A DNA stretch of 64,000 nt from Centroscyllium fabricii (taxonomy: Eukaryota): positions 51,460,001 to 51,524,000 of the forward strand of contig JBNRSN020000023.1 in NCBI GenBank assembly GCA_051313645.2, in the 5' to 3' direction. The stretch's first letter is position 1; each line of letters begins with the position of its first letter. Position numbers and translations under genes: made by a program. Shown here in pieces: positions 37,756 through 51,000 of the stretch. Below the pieces are notes generated by a model. It saw nothing but the letters and a program-made list of their open reading frames with translations. It did no database searches and had not been told where the DNA came from.

Positions 37756-38478
37756 CCCCCAATCGGTACACAGCAAGATCCCACAGACAGCAAATGAGAC
37801 GAATGGCCAGTTACTGTGTTCTGGTGGCATTGGTTGGGGGATGAATATTGGCCAGGTCACCCAGAAAATCTCTCTGTTTCTCTTCGACACATAGCATGGT
37901 ATTACCTGAACAGGTAGAGGGTGCCTCGGTTGAACAACTCACCTGACAGGTGGCACCCCCTGACAATGTAGCACTCTCTCGGCATTGCGCGCAAGTGTCG
38001 GCCCAGAACCTCAGCAGGAGCCAGGAGAAGATGAATGGAATGGTGCGGGGGACGACTCGGTGTCCCAGTGGTTAGCACTGCTGCCTCGCAATAAGGAGCT
38101 CCTGGGTTCGAATCCTGCTTGGCCCGGGACCTCTCTGCGTGGAGTTTGCATGTTCTCCCCGTGTTCGTGTGGGTTTCCTCCGGGTACTCCGGTTTCCTCC
38201 CACCACCCAAAGACATGCAGGTTAGGTGAATTGGAGACACTAAAAATTGCCCATGAGTATGTGTGTGAGATATAGTTCTTAGAGTTGGGGGTGTCGGGGG
38301 ATATGGGGAGAGGGTAGGAGGGGGGTGCTGGGTTTGGATGATCAGCTATGATCTCATCAAAATGGCGGAGCAGGCTCGAAGGGCCGAATGGCCTACTCAT
38401 GCTCCTATCTTCTGTGTTTCTGTGAGGGTGCAAGAAGTCACACAACACCAGATTATAGTCCAACAGTTTTATTTTAAA

Positions 38479-38516
38479 TCACAAGCTTTCGGAGCTTCTG
38501 CCCCTTCGTCAGATGA
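38479..38516 (-). ncRNA. Putative minimal hammerhead ribozyme (same family as 58508-58545)
   Basis: Minus strand UCAU-CUGACGA-A-GGGGC-agaa-GCUCC-GAA-AGCU-U-GUGA. Confidence 0.6.
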
Positions 38517-38865
38517 AAGAGAGACTGACTTAAAGAACGCACATGTGTGATGAAGAGAGAAATCTGATATCTCCCACATCTCACCTCAGTAGAGATAGAC
38601 ACACAAAGGCTTATTAACATATTTTTAAGTGTTTCATTTAAACATAGCATATATAGAGAGAGAGAACAATGTGGTCTCTCCAGTTGTTTCACATCACACC
38701 TCAGCTGAGGGACATCAAAGCAGTGAAAGGTTTTCCAACATATCAAAGGTTGCAGTCACAAAGGGTCAAACGTCTGTGAGAGTGGGGGCGAGGGGGGCAA
38801 ATGACCAAAAGTGATGGTTTGCCACTGACCTTTGACCTTGTGTTCACCGTTTGGCCTTTCCGCAG

Positions 38866-39022
38866 CTTGTTGGAGCACTGCAGGAAACACAAGTACCTGG
38901 CGGCCTCTGGAGAGGCCTTTGTCCTGCTGGTCACCAGCCTGCTGGAAAACCTGCTCGATTATCGGACCATCATGCACGATGAGAGCAAGGAGAACCAGAT
39001 GAGCTGCACCGTCAACGTGCTG
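38866..39022 (+). CDS. DOCK5: DOCK5 exon (LLEHCRKHKYLAASGEAFVLLVTSLLENLLDYRTIMHDESKENQMSCTVNVL)
   Basis: ttccgcag / gtgagt, 157 nt. Confidence 0.95.
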
Positions 39023-39350
39023 GTGAGTGTCGGGAAGCCAAGAGGTTCCAGAAATCAAGCCATTACATAGCGGTTTAAGAGCAGTTCCCACCCTCCCTCT
39101 TTTTGCATAAAGGCCCTGCTAAGCATCAAAGCAAGGAAATTATGCTAAACTTTTATAGAACACTTGTTCGGCCTCAGCGAAAGTATTCTGGGCACCACAC
39201 TTTGGCAAGCGTGTTAAGACCTTGGAGAAGGTGCAGAAGAGACTTACTGGAATGGTACCAGGGATGAGGGACTTCAGTTACGTGGATAGACTGGGATTGT
39301 TCTCCTTCGAGCAGAGAAGGTTAAGAGGAGATTTGATGGAGGTGTTCAAA

Positions 39351-40540
39351 ATGAATGAATGAATGAATCTTTATTTCGAACAATAAAAAAAGAACCCATT
39401 AAAAGAAAGAACAAAAATAATAATACAAAAAAATAATAATAAAATAAATTTTAAATTAAGATAATTTTAACATAACTCATATAAGGCTTGCTCGAAAAGG
39501 GATAGGAATCATAGAATCATAGAAGATAGGAGCAGGAGTTGGCCATTCGGCCCTTCGAGCCTGCTCCGCCATTCAACGAGATCATGGCTGATCTTACACG
39601 TTCAGTACCCCATCCCTGCCTTCTCCCCATATCCCTTAATCCCTTTAGCCTGAAGAAATATATCCAGTTCCCTCTTGAATATATTCAATGAACCGGCCTC
39701 CACCACCCTCTGTGGCAAGGAATTCCACAGGTTCACCACTCTCTGTGTGAAGAATTTCCTCCTCATCTCAGTCCTACAAGGCTTACCCCTTATCCTTAGA
39801 CTATGCCCCCTGGTTCTCGACTCCCCGGCCATCGGAAACATCCTTTCTGCATCTGAGGAAGAAGCAGAGGCTTATCTAGTCCTACCCCCATTCTCAATTA
39901 TTAAACAAGATCATATTCAAACAAATAGTACAATAAACATATTACATATATACAAATACTTCAACATCAAAATCCATATAACTCCCCACACACTACTCCA
40001 CCATTTATGCTACAATAACAAATCACCATACACAATAGATACACATTCCCTTATTAACCACTTTCCTCTATATATTTCTTAAAGATTTTATTTTTGTATT
40101 TTTTCTTGAATTGATGAATGGTTAAACTTTGTTGCAGTTCCAACTCAAGTCCGTTCCACAGATTAACACCACAGCATGAAATACACATACTCTTCATAGT
40201 AGTACGAACATAGATCTTCTTCAAATTAAATTGGCCCCTCAAATTATAACCCCTTCTCTATCCAAAAACATTTTTTGTATGTTACCTGGTAACAATTTAT
40301 TTCTTGCTTTGTACATTATCTGAGCAGTTTTAAATTCAATCAGATCCATGAATTTCAAGGCGTGTGACTTCAAGAATAGATTATTTGTGTGATCACGATA
40401 TCCTGCATTGTTTATTATTCAGATGGCTCTTTTCTGTAGTATGTGTAATTGCTGTAGGTTGCTTCTGTAGCTATTACCCCAGACCTCCACGCAGTAAGAC
40501 AAATATGGCAAAACAAGTGAATAATATAGAGAAACATAAT
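39351..40540 (-). mobile_element. AT-rich CR1-group LINE 3' end (Crack/Daphne-like), nested in a CR1 and itself carrying a CR1 3' end (39508-39855)
   Basis: LYYSLVLPYLSYCVEVWGN..LHILQKRAI, GVNLWNGL peptides; (TTCA)n tail at 39351-39368. Confidence 0.7.
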
Positions 40541-40933
40541 CAAGGGTTTTTGATAGAGTAAATTTGGAGAAACTGTTTCCAGTGGCAGAAGGATCAGTAA
40601 CCAGAGGAGACAGAGAAGAACATAAGAAATAGGAGCAGGAGTCGGCCATTTGGCCCCTCAAGCCTGCTACGCCATTCACTAAGATCCCCACTCTCCTGCC
40701 CGATCCCCATACCCCTTGTTCTGAGACTGTGAACCCTGGTTCTAGACTCCCCAGCCAGGAGAAACATCCTCCCTGCATCTACCCTGTTGAGCCCTGTAAG
40801 AATTTTGTATGTTTGGATATATGGTCATTGGCGAAGGAATCAGAGGCGGGCTGAGGAGAAATATTTTGACGCAGCAAGTTGTTGTGATCTGGAATGCGCT
40901 GCCTGAAAGGGCGGTGGAAGCAGATTCAATAAT

Positions 40934-41691
40934 GGCCCAAAAATTAGCCTCGGAGGCTTCCTGCGCGTGTATGCCTCCCAGGTACACTTGCCCTGTGCTC
41001 CTGCCGTTCTGCAATTGAAATCCCGATTTGGAGTGTTGCTTCAGACTCCAGGTGCCGCGCTGCTGTAACTCAACGTCGTAGTTAGTGCGAGAGCGCGCGC
41101 GGGACCACGTGATCGGCAGGGAGCCAATGAATGGAAGCAATCCTCCATTCATAACGTACACGGAGAAATCTGTGTAAGTTATGAAAAGGAAGAGCTTCAA
41201 AAACACATCTAAACACAAAAATAAAATTAAAAAACACCACATTTTTTAACAATACTCTGACATAAATTACCTATTTTAAAGAAAAAATTAAAATTAAAAA
41301 AAAATGTAAAGTTTTTAACAGGCCTAAAAAAATACTTACCTGTCTATAAAATTTAAAAAAGTAAAAACCTGTAAAAAAAAAAAAAAAACTTAAATTCAAT
41401 AAAAGAAAACACTTACCTGATAAAAAGGGGTCATTACAGCTGATAGTTTTCAGCGTAAAATCTTCAATACTTACCCAGATTAAAAAAACGTTGAAAAAAA
41501 ATGAGAATTCCACTGCACACCTCGTGGTGCGCAGGCGAACGCGCGTCAGCCGGCTGCAGCTCGCGATCCCCCGCCGGCCATCATCGGAATTGCAGGTAGC
41601 ACCGGGAAATGGCTGCTACCTGCAATTCGGCGCCCGCACGCATGAGTACCCGGCTCCTGGAACGGCCCGCAGTCACCCCAATATTTGGGCC
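40934..41691. mobile_element. Harbinger-type MITE inserted in a CR1 tail
   Basis: TIR GGCCCAAA/TTTGGGCC, 3-bp TSD AAT; the uninterrupted target GATTCAATAATAACTTTC is seen at about 3625. Confidence 0.82.
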
Positions 41692-42789
41692 AATAACTTT
41701 CAAAAGGGAATTAGATAAATATGTGAAGGGGAAAATTTTTCAGGGCTCTGGGGCAAGAGCGGGCGAGTGGGACTAATTGGATCGCTCTTTCAAAGAACCG
41801 GCACAGGCACGATGGGCCGAATGGCCTCCTTCTGTGCTGTTTCATTCTATGATTCTAATGTTCTTAATCTGGCAGCCCTGGAGATATCTAGTAACCAATG
41901 GTTACAACAGGTGAAACATGGCCCACACACTAGTTTCTCCTCTACCTTGTCTCCGGAGTTGGAAAGGGTTCAGGCCAGTTGGCCGCACACCCTGTTACAC
42001 GGCGCAGCCAGGGACAAGCAAGGAGAGTACGAGGTACTAAAAGCGGCCGACTAAAATCATAACTTCCTGCTGCTTTATGATAATTTGGTTCAGAAGCAGA
42101 AATATGTTTTAGTTTGGCAGGGAATCCATGTCCAGGGGGGTTTAGCAATGCATGATTTTGTGAAGTTCGGTTTAATTTAGTTTTTGTGGTGAATTCCAGG
42201 CCCACAGCTTCAAATTGCTGATTAGAATTGGGGAAGAGAAAATAAAACCTCTACTGAGATGAAGGGTACGGTAGCATCGTGGTTGTGTTACTGGACTTGT
42301 AATCCAGAGGCCTGGACTAATGATCCAGATTTTTGAATATTGAGGGAATCAAGGGATATGGGGATAGTGCAGGAAAGTGGAGATGAGGTAGAAGATCAGC
42401 CATGATCGCATTGAATGGCGGAGCCAGGCGCGAGGGGCCGAATGGCCGACTCCTGCTCCTATTTCTTATGTAAACGTGAGTTCAAATCCCACGACAGCAG
42501 CTGGGGAATTTAAATTCAGTTAATTAAATAAATAAATAACGGTAATGGTGATCTAAGGAAGGACGTTCTTGCCATGGAGGGAGTGCAGAGAAGATTCACC
42601 AGGCTGATACCTGGGATGGCAGGAATGACTTATGAGGAGAGACTGGGTTTGTACTCTCTGGAGTTTAGAAGATTGAGAGGGGATCTCATCGAAACGTATA
42701 AAATTCTAACTGGTCTGGACAAACGTGATGCAGGAAGAATGTTCTCGATGATCGGAGAGTCCAGAACCAGGGGTCATAGTCTGGGGGGG

Positions 42790-44430
42790 TAATTGAGGAT
42801 ATTACCATTACAAGGGAAGAAGTACTAGAAATCTTGGGAAGCTTAAAGGTAGACAAATCACCAGGGCCGGACGCGATGTTCCCCAGGCTGCTGTTCGAGG
42901 CCAGGGAAGAGCTTGCGGGCCCCCTGTCTCAAATTTTCAGGTCCTCTCTTGCGTCAGGGGATGTACGCGAGGACTGGAGAACGGCTAATGTAGTACCCCT
43001 GTTTAAAAAGGGTAGTAGGGACAAACCGGGTAACTATAGGCCAATCAGTCTTACATCTGTAGTGGGGAAAGTAATGGAAAAAATTCTGAGGGACAAAATC
43101 AGTCTGCATTTGGAAAAGCAGGGTCTGATAAGGGATAGTCAACATGGCTTCGTCAAAGGTAAGTCGTGCCTAACTAATCTCTTGGAATTTTTTGAAGAGG
43201 TAACAAAGAGGGTGGATGAAGGGAGTACGGTGGACGTGGTGTATATGGACTTCAGCAAGGCTTTTGATAAAGTCCCACATAGGAGACTAATAACAAAGGT
43301 TAAAGCACATGGGATACAGGGCAACTTGGCACAGTGGATTCAAAATTGGCTGGGGGATAGGAGACAAAGGGTAATGGTAGAGGGCTGCTTCTGTGACTGG
43401 AAACCAGTAACCAGCGGTGTCCCCCAAGGATCGGTTTTGGGACCCTTACTGTTTCTAGTATACATCAATGATTTGGACATGGGAGTAGGGGGTACGATCA
43501 GCAAATTTGCTGATGATACGAAAATTGGAAGGGTGGTAAATAACGATGAAGATAGTAAAAGGCTCCAGGAAGATATAAATGTAATGGTTAGTTGGGCAGA
43601 AAAATGGCAAATGGAGTTCAACCCAGAGAAATGCGAGGTCATACAATTCGGCAGATCAAATGGGGTAAGGGAATATACCATGAACAAAAAAACGTTAGGT
43701 AGGACCGAGGAACAGAGGGACCTTGGGGTACAGGTGCACAGCTCCCTGAAGGTTGCTGGACACGTAAACAAGGTGGTTAAGAAGGCATACGGAATTCTGG
43801 CCTTTATTAACCAGGGCATAGTATACAAAAGTAGGGAGGTAATGTTAAACTTGTATAACACGCTGGTGAGACCTCAGCTGGAGTACTGTGTGCAGTTCTG
43901 GTCACCGCACTTCAGGAAGGATGTGGTTGCCCTGGAGAGGGTGCAGAGAAGGTTTACCAGGATGATACCTGGTCTGGGGGACTTATGCTACGAGGAAAGG
44001 CTGGACAGGCTGGGGTTGTTTGCCTTGGAGAAGAGAAGATTGAGGGGTGACATGATTGAGGTGTACAGGATCATGAGAGGACACGATAGGGTGGATAAAG
44101 GGGCATTGTTTCCCTTGGTGGGAGAGTCAAGTACTAGGGGACATAGATTCAAGATTAGGGGGGGGAGGTTTAGAGGGGAGGTAAGGAGAAATTTCTTTAC
44201 TCAGAGGGTGGTGGAAGTGTGGAACTCCCTGCCTGTAAGGGTGGTGGAGGCAGAAACCATCGCAACATTTAAAAAATATTTGGACCAGCACATGAAGGAC
44301 CGTAACATACAGGGTTATGGGCCAGGTGCGGGCAAATGGGGTTAGTATAGTGAGGAGTTTCCTGGGCCGGTGCGGACTGGATGGGCCGAATGGCCTTTAT
44401 CCGCACTGTAAAGTTTCTATGATTCTATGA
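42790..44430 (+). mobile_element. Young 5'-truncated CR1 with open 503-aa RT frame, nested in another CR1 (42553-44807)
   Basis: ORF 42834..44345 with [31 protein letters not shown]; microsatellite tail. Confidence 0.95.
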
Positions 44431-45445
44431 TAAGGGGTAACTCATTTAGGACAGAGATGAGGAGGAATTTCTTCACCCAGAGAGTGGAGAACCTGTGGAA
44501 TTCTCTGCCACAGAGGGCGGTGGAGGCTGGGTCATTGAATATATTCAAGAAGTGATGGCTAGGGGCGGAGTCAGCTTCAGGCATGCCCGGGCATGTATAC
44601 ACACAGGCAAAAGGCAACTATATACAACAGTGGTTTACCACAAGAAGGAGCTGGATGTATTTCTTAAAGCTAGAGGGATCATGGGATATGGGGAGAAGAC
44701 AGGGACAGGGTATTGAATTTGGATGATCAGCCATGATCTCATTGAATGGCGGAGCAGGCTCGAAGGGCCGAATGGCCTACTCCTGCTCCTATCTTCTATG
44801 TTTCTATATCAGGAAACTACCAGATTATCATAAAAGCCCATCTGGAAGGAAATCTGCTGTCCTTACTGGGTCTGGCCTATATATGACTCCAGACTCACAG
44901 CGATGTGGCTGACTCTTAGCTGTCCTCTGAAGTGGCCCAGCAAGCCACTTCGGTGCACCAAACTGCTACAGGGAAGATGGACTGCAGCAGTTCAAGAAGG
45001 TGGCCCACCAGCACCACCACCTTGAGGGCAATTAGGGATGGGCAATAAATGCTGGCCTTGCCAGCGAAGCCCACAAGCCATGAAACTACACGCAATGGAG
45101 GAAGGGACCCATTTGTCCAATTTAAAAAATATTGGGAGTAGTAAAAAAGAAAGACTTGCCTTTCATTGACTAACTGTACTTTCAAAGCAGAGCTGGTGCA
45201 ATAACAACAACTTGCATTTATATAGCACCTTTAATGCAGTAAAACATCCCAAGGCGCTTCACAGGAGTGCAAAATTTGACCCTGAGCCACATAAGGAGGT
45301 ATTAGGCCAGGTGAGCCTAAGCTTGGTATTCAAGTTAGGGGGATAGCCAAATACTGCAGATGCTGGAAATCCAAAATAACAACAGTAAACGCTGGAAAAA
45401 CTCAGCAGGCCAGGCAGCATCCGTGGAGAGAGAAACAGAGTTAAT

Positions 45446-46221
45446 GGGGGTGATTTGGCCGGAAGTGCGGGGACCTGGCGGGGATTGGTCGGGGCGGGTT
45501 CCTGTCCCGTCTGCCCAAAGACATGGGAACCCCACGCAATTTTCATTTAATTGAGTTGTTAAACCCCCGCGTGCGGCAGCCGGTGGTAATTGGCTCAATC
45601 GAGTCGGAGCTGTAGCCGGCTGCAAGGAGCTTGATTGACAGTTCCAGCACTGGTTGTTGACAGTTCCCATGGAAACACTCCACTGTGACATCACAGTCGA
45701 GTGGAACCAATGGGAAAAGTCAAGTGCTGGTGACTGACAGGTGGGCGGGCGGGCTCCCAATCCTTGACAGCTCGGCACCGGCTGTGAGGAAATGTGCAAA
45801 GCTGAGATTTCTCAGTTTTTGCCCACAGCTAGTGTACCCACCGCAGAGTGACTTACTCCTCTAAGGTGCTGATGGCCTGCGAAGCATTTTGCAGCATGTC
45901 CTTCAACACCTTGAGGGAGAAAGCAATGAGCAGCGCTGTGCTCCCGTTGGGTTTCACCCAGCGGGGTTTTAGGCTGGCGGGGTTAGGGTGGGAATGGCAT
46001 GAAAATTCAGAAGGGCCCTTAAAATGGCATTATACATGCCAATTAAGGGCCCTTAACGAGGTGACAACCCATCCCCGCCGGCCGCCGGCGGGAAGGTTTC
46101 GGGGCGGGGAGTCAGGGCGGGGAAAAATGTCAAAGCGGCGGGGGTCGCAACCCGCTGGTACCGCTATTTTGACGGCCTTCCCGCCGAAAACCCCACCTCA
46201 CGGGGACATGAAAATCCCCCC
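45446..46221. mobile_element. Harbinger-type MITE inserted in a Penelope-like tail
   Basis: GGGGGTGATTT / AAAATCCCCCC ends; homologous to 35455-36198. Confidence 0.75.
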
Positions 46222-48048
46222 GCTTCGTTTCAGGTAGAAACCCTTCGTCAGGACTGAAAAAACCCAGGAAATGAAACAGATTAAAAGGCCAGTTTGGGGG
46301 CTGGGAAATGGGGATGAAAGAGCAAAAGAGAAGTGAAGAGACATTGCGAGGTGTTCAAAACGAGACGAGAAGGTGACAGGACGAGTAAAGAGACAAAAGA
46401 TGGCTCGAGATTAGGTGTGAAATGCGCTGGCAGAATGAGAGACGGCTGCCATGTGGGAGAGAAAAAAAGGGGGAAGGGCCCAAAACAAAGGTGTGGATAA
46501 AAAATATATAAAAATATGATACGGGCCGAGGTTATGATCTGAAATTGTTGAACTCGATATTGAGTCCGGAAGGCTGTAAAGTGCCTAATCGGAAGATGAG
46601 GTGTTGTTCCTCGAGTTTACGCTCAGGAATAGGGGCTCTGTTTGAAAGCACACCAAGGAACACAAGTATAATCTGAGAAGGGCGAGATTTGTGTGGGATG
46701 AAAGAAAGCATTGTTTCACTGAGCGGCTGCTCAGTTTCGGGTCCAGTTTACTGAGGGAGCAGGGCTCCGATCGAACAAGTTTCTCAACAGAGGGAAATCT
46801 CTTCACTCAGAGGCTGGTGAATCTTTGGAATTCTCTACCCAGAGACTCAGTCGTTGAATATATTCAAGACAGAGATCGATAGATTTTTAGATATTAAGGG
46901 AATCAAGGGATATGGGGATAGTGCAGGTAAGTGGAGTTGAGGCAGAAGATCAGCCATGATCTTATTGAATGGCGGAGCAGGCTCGAGGGGCCGAATGGCC
47001 TGCTCCTGCTCCTATTTATAGAGTCATGGGGCGCGAAATTGACGTCTTAGCGCCGTCGGTTTAGCGCCGAAAAATGGGCGCTACAGGTTTTAGCGCCGGG
47101 CGCAGAAAGTTTTGCGCCGGGCGCTAAATTCACCCAGTGATAAGCGCCGGCGCTAAGTGTTAGTGCGCGCTAATTTCAGTGCCTGATTCCTAACCGCGAT
47201 CCTCGTGCAACACCCGCCCTGCGTCCTGCGCCCCATATTCAGCCGCGGCTGCCGAGTCTACGCCTGGCGCTAGCAGCACCAGCTTTTTCCAGCGCAGGTG
47301 AGTCCAGTTGGGGCCGATTGGGCGGTATTTAAGGGGACACACTTCCTTCAATTGGGGCGGCAGCCATTTTGCGAGAGGGAGCCAGGAGAGCGAGAGACAG
47401 ACATATCCAGAGATCGGAAAAGCTTTCAAAGCTCAGGTAAACCTTTGCCTCAGCTGCTGCTTCTGCTAAACTGAGAACTTTAAGGTACCAGCTGCTTTGC
47501 TGAGGCTGCAAAGCTTATATCGATTCAAGTAAACTGCTCAAACTTTAAAAAGTTACCAGCAGCACTTTGGCCCTTCTGCCCTGTGGCTCAGTTGTAACGA
47601 TGGGAGCTGCCCTCGACGGAGATGTTGCGTTGGTGCAGTACGTTGCCATGCAACAGAGAGAATGCCAAAGACGCAGAGCCAGAAGGCGAGAGCGGGCACC
47701 TGTGATTGGCAGAGGCAGGCGGGCACAGAGAGATGTACGCAGGCGACCTTACCGTCAAAGGGCCTTTGGCCAGCAGCATTCCTACATCAACATGTCGGAG
47801 GAGCAGTGTGTGCGCCGTCTGCGGTTCTGCAAAGAGGTGGTGGATGAGATCTGCCAGCTGCTTCAGGCAGACCTGCAGCCTCACCAGAGGACCAGGACCT
47901 CTCTGTCAGTTGCAGCCAAGGTGACTGGCACTGAACTGTAATGCCACTGGGTCCTTCCAGGCAGGTACTGGGGACATTGCCAACATTTCCCAGTTTGCAG
48001 CATATTCCTGCATCCGTCAAGTGACGGAGGTACTCTACAGGAGGATGC

Positions 48049-51000
48049 TGTGGTAACCATTCTACGATACCACTGTACCCTTATGGCTAACAATGGGCTG
48101 TGCAGATGTTAGGCACAGCCCTGTATACTATGACACTGTTGGGAGCTAGGTCAGCCACACCTCTAACTCCTCCCCCAGGTGAGGTCCGGTTATAGGTGGG
48201 ATCTGACCGAGGCTCCTTCATTCCTGTACTGTAGTTCGTCTGGAGAGTAGTTCCATTCTTAGTAATTAAAAGCCTTTAGTTTCGGTAACTACGCGTCGAC
48301 TCTTTTAATCGAAGATATTGACGATACGTCAATTTTAATTACTAATTATTTTAAAATGGAGAGCAGCACGGTTAAACCTGAGAAGCTGGACGTCAGTCCC
48401 CAGGACCCTGCCGCTGCCGCTACCTACGAACACTGGTTCGGCCTCCTGGAGGCCTACATGGACGCCGCCAAGGCTACATCAGACAGGGACAAGCTGCATG
48501 TCCTGCGATCGAGGATCTCCAGCAGGTATTCACCCTCGTCCGGAACGCCTCGACCTACATAGCGACTGTACGAATTTTGAAGAAATGTTACGAGCGCCCG
48601 GTCCACTCAGTCTACGCCCGACATGTGCTGGCGACCAGATCTCAGCTACCGGGTGAGTCCAATGAGGAGTTCGAGCAAGCGCTCCTGGCCGTAGTACGGG
48701 TCTGTGGCTGCAAAGGCACAACAGTTGAAGAGGAGGAAGAACTCCTCGTTCGGGACGCTTATGTTACAGGACTGAGGTGTGTGGAAGCCCGCCAGCGGCT
48801 ACTAGAGAGAGACAATTTATCCCTCGAGGAGGCGACTAAGATAGCCAAATCAGTAGAGGGGGCCCGTAGCAAGTTACAGGCGTACAGCGGCACTAACCCG
48901 CAAGCCTACAACATATGGGCCGCGCCACAACAGGCCCAGGCCTGGGCGCCACGGGCCGAGGCCCCCACGATGGCCGCGACGGCCACTAAAGACACTAAAG
49001 ACAAGCGCTGCTACTTCTGCAGCCAGGGACTGCACCCTAGAGCGAAATGCCCAGCCAGGACAGCGACCTGCGAGAAATGTGCGAAGAAGCGACACTACAC
49101 TAAAGCCTGCAGATCAGCTCCAGCAGCGCCCAACTCAAGGTACAACAGTGCAGCCTGTGAGAGCACCGACAGACACCAGGTAAGCTGCAATAGCAGCGCG
49201 ATCCAGCGACGGTACGGGGGTAGACAACAAGCGCCCCCATCTCCCACCCCGATGCGGCAAAGGCCGGCCAAGCGCGACCCCCCAACGCGGCCGGCTGCGT
49301 GCGAATCACGGGCACCGCCAGCCCGACCAGCGTGGCCCGCTGCGTGCGAATCACGGGCACCGCCAACCGGACCACCGCGGTCCGCTGCGTGCGAATCACG
49401 GGCGCCGCCAGCGCGTTCACAGGGCCCCACCGTGTGCATCCCCTCGGAAACGCCATTTTGTAACCAGAGCCCCTCCATGTGCGAGCCAGGGGCGCCGCCA
49501 TCTTGTATCCAGGGCCCCTCCATGTGCGAGCCAGGGGCGACGCCATCTTGTATCCAGGGCCCCTCCATGTGCGAGCCAGGGGCGCCGCCATCTTGTGCAC
49601 AGCCCCAATCAGCAGGGGCTGCGGCAGCCAGAATCAGGGTTAGCCAGGGCAGGCCCCATACCCTGTCTAACTCCATAATGCCGATTACCATTAATAATCA
49701 TACTGTCGACTGCCTTTTCGACACAGGCAGCACTGAGAGTTTCGTTCACCCTGATACAGTGCGGCGCTGCGGACTGCAGGTCCTGCCCACCAACTACCAA
49801 GTTTCCCTAGCTTCACAGTCCCACACCGCGGACGTCACCGGCTACTGCTCCGTCACGCTCACCGTCAAGGGGCGCATGTACCGTAATTTTAAATTGTATA
49901 CCCTCCAACAGCTGTGTGCCCCAGCCTTACCAGGTTTGGATTTCCAGTGCCACTTCAGGAGCGTGACAATGGAGTTCGGCGGGACCTTACCCCCCCTCAC
50001 CGTCAGTAGCCGGGACAATTTCCCCCCAAAGTGGAGCCCGGCCTGCGGCCTCTCCACCCTGAGAATCGACCCCCCCTCGCTGTTCGCCAACCTCGATCCG
50101 AAGTGCAAACCCATTGCCACTAAGAGTCGGCGGTACAGTGAGGGGGATCGCACGTTTATCAGGTCGGAGGTCGGGCGGATGCTGAAGGAGGGGATAATTG
50201 AAGCCAGCACCAGCCCCTGGCGCGCCCAAGTTGTAGTGGTGAAGTCTGGCGAAAAACAGTGGCTGGTTATCAATTACAGCCAGACTATCAACCGCTACAC
50301 CAGGCTCGACGCCTACCCCCTCCCCCGCATCTCGGAAATGGTCAATCAGATCGCCCAGTACAAGGTGTTCTCTACGATCGACCTTAAGTCGGCGTATCAT
50401 CAGCTCCCGATTCGGAAAGCCGACCGCCCCTACAACGCCTTCGAGGCGAACGGTCGGCTCTACCACTTCCTCCGGGTCCCCTTTGGCGTGACCAACGGAG
50501 TGTCAGTGTTCCAACGGGAGATGGACCGTATGGTTGACCAAAACGACTTGCAGGCCACTTTCCCCTACCTGGACAACGTGACCATCTGCGGCCACGACCA
50601 GCAGGACCACGATGCCAATCTGGCCAAATTTCTCGCCACGGCGGACAAGCTGGACCTTACGTATAACAAGGACAAATGTGTCTTTAATACAGCCTGGCTC
50701 GCCATCCTCGGATACGTGGTGGAGAACGGGCTCCTCGGCCCCGACCCACAGCGTATGCGACCCCTGCAAGAACTGCCCCTACCTCACAACCCCAAAGCCT
50801 TGAGGAGATGCCTAGGATTTTTCTCCTATTATGCACAATGGGTCCCACAGTTCGCAGATAAGGCTAGACCACTCCTCAAGGCTGCCGCCTTCCCCCTTTC
50901 TGTAGAAGCCCAAACGGCATTCGCAAGGATAAAGGAAGACATTATCAAGGCGACCATGCTCGCTGTTGATGAATCCATCCCTTTCCAGGTGGAGAGCGAC

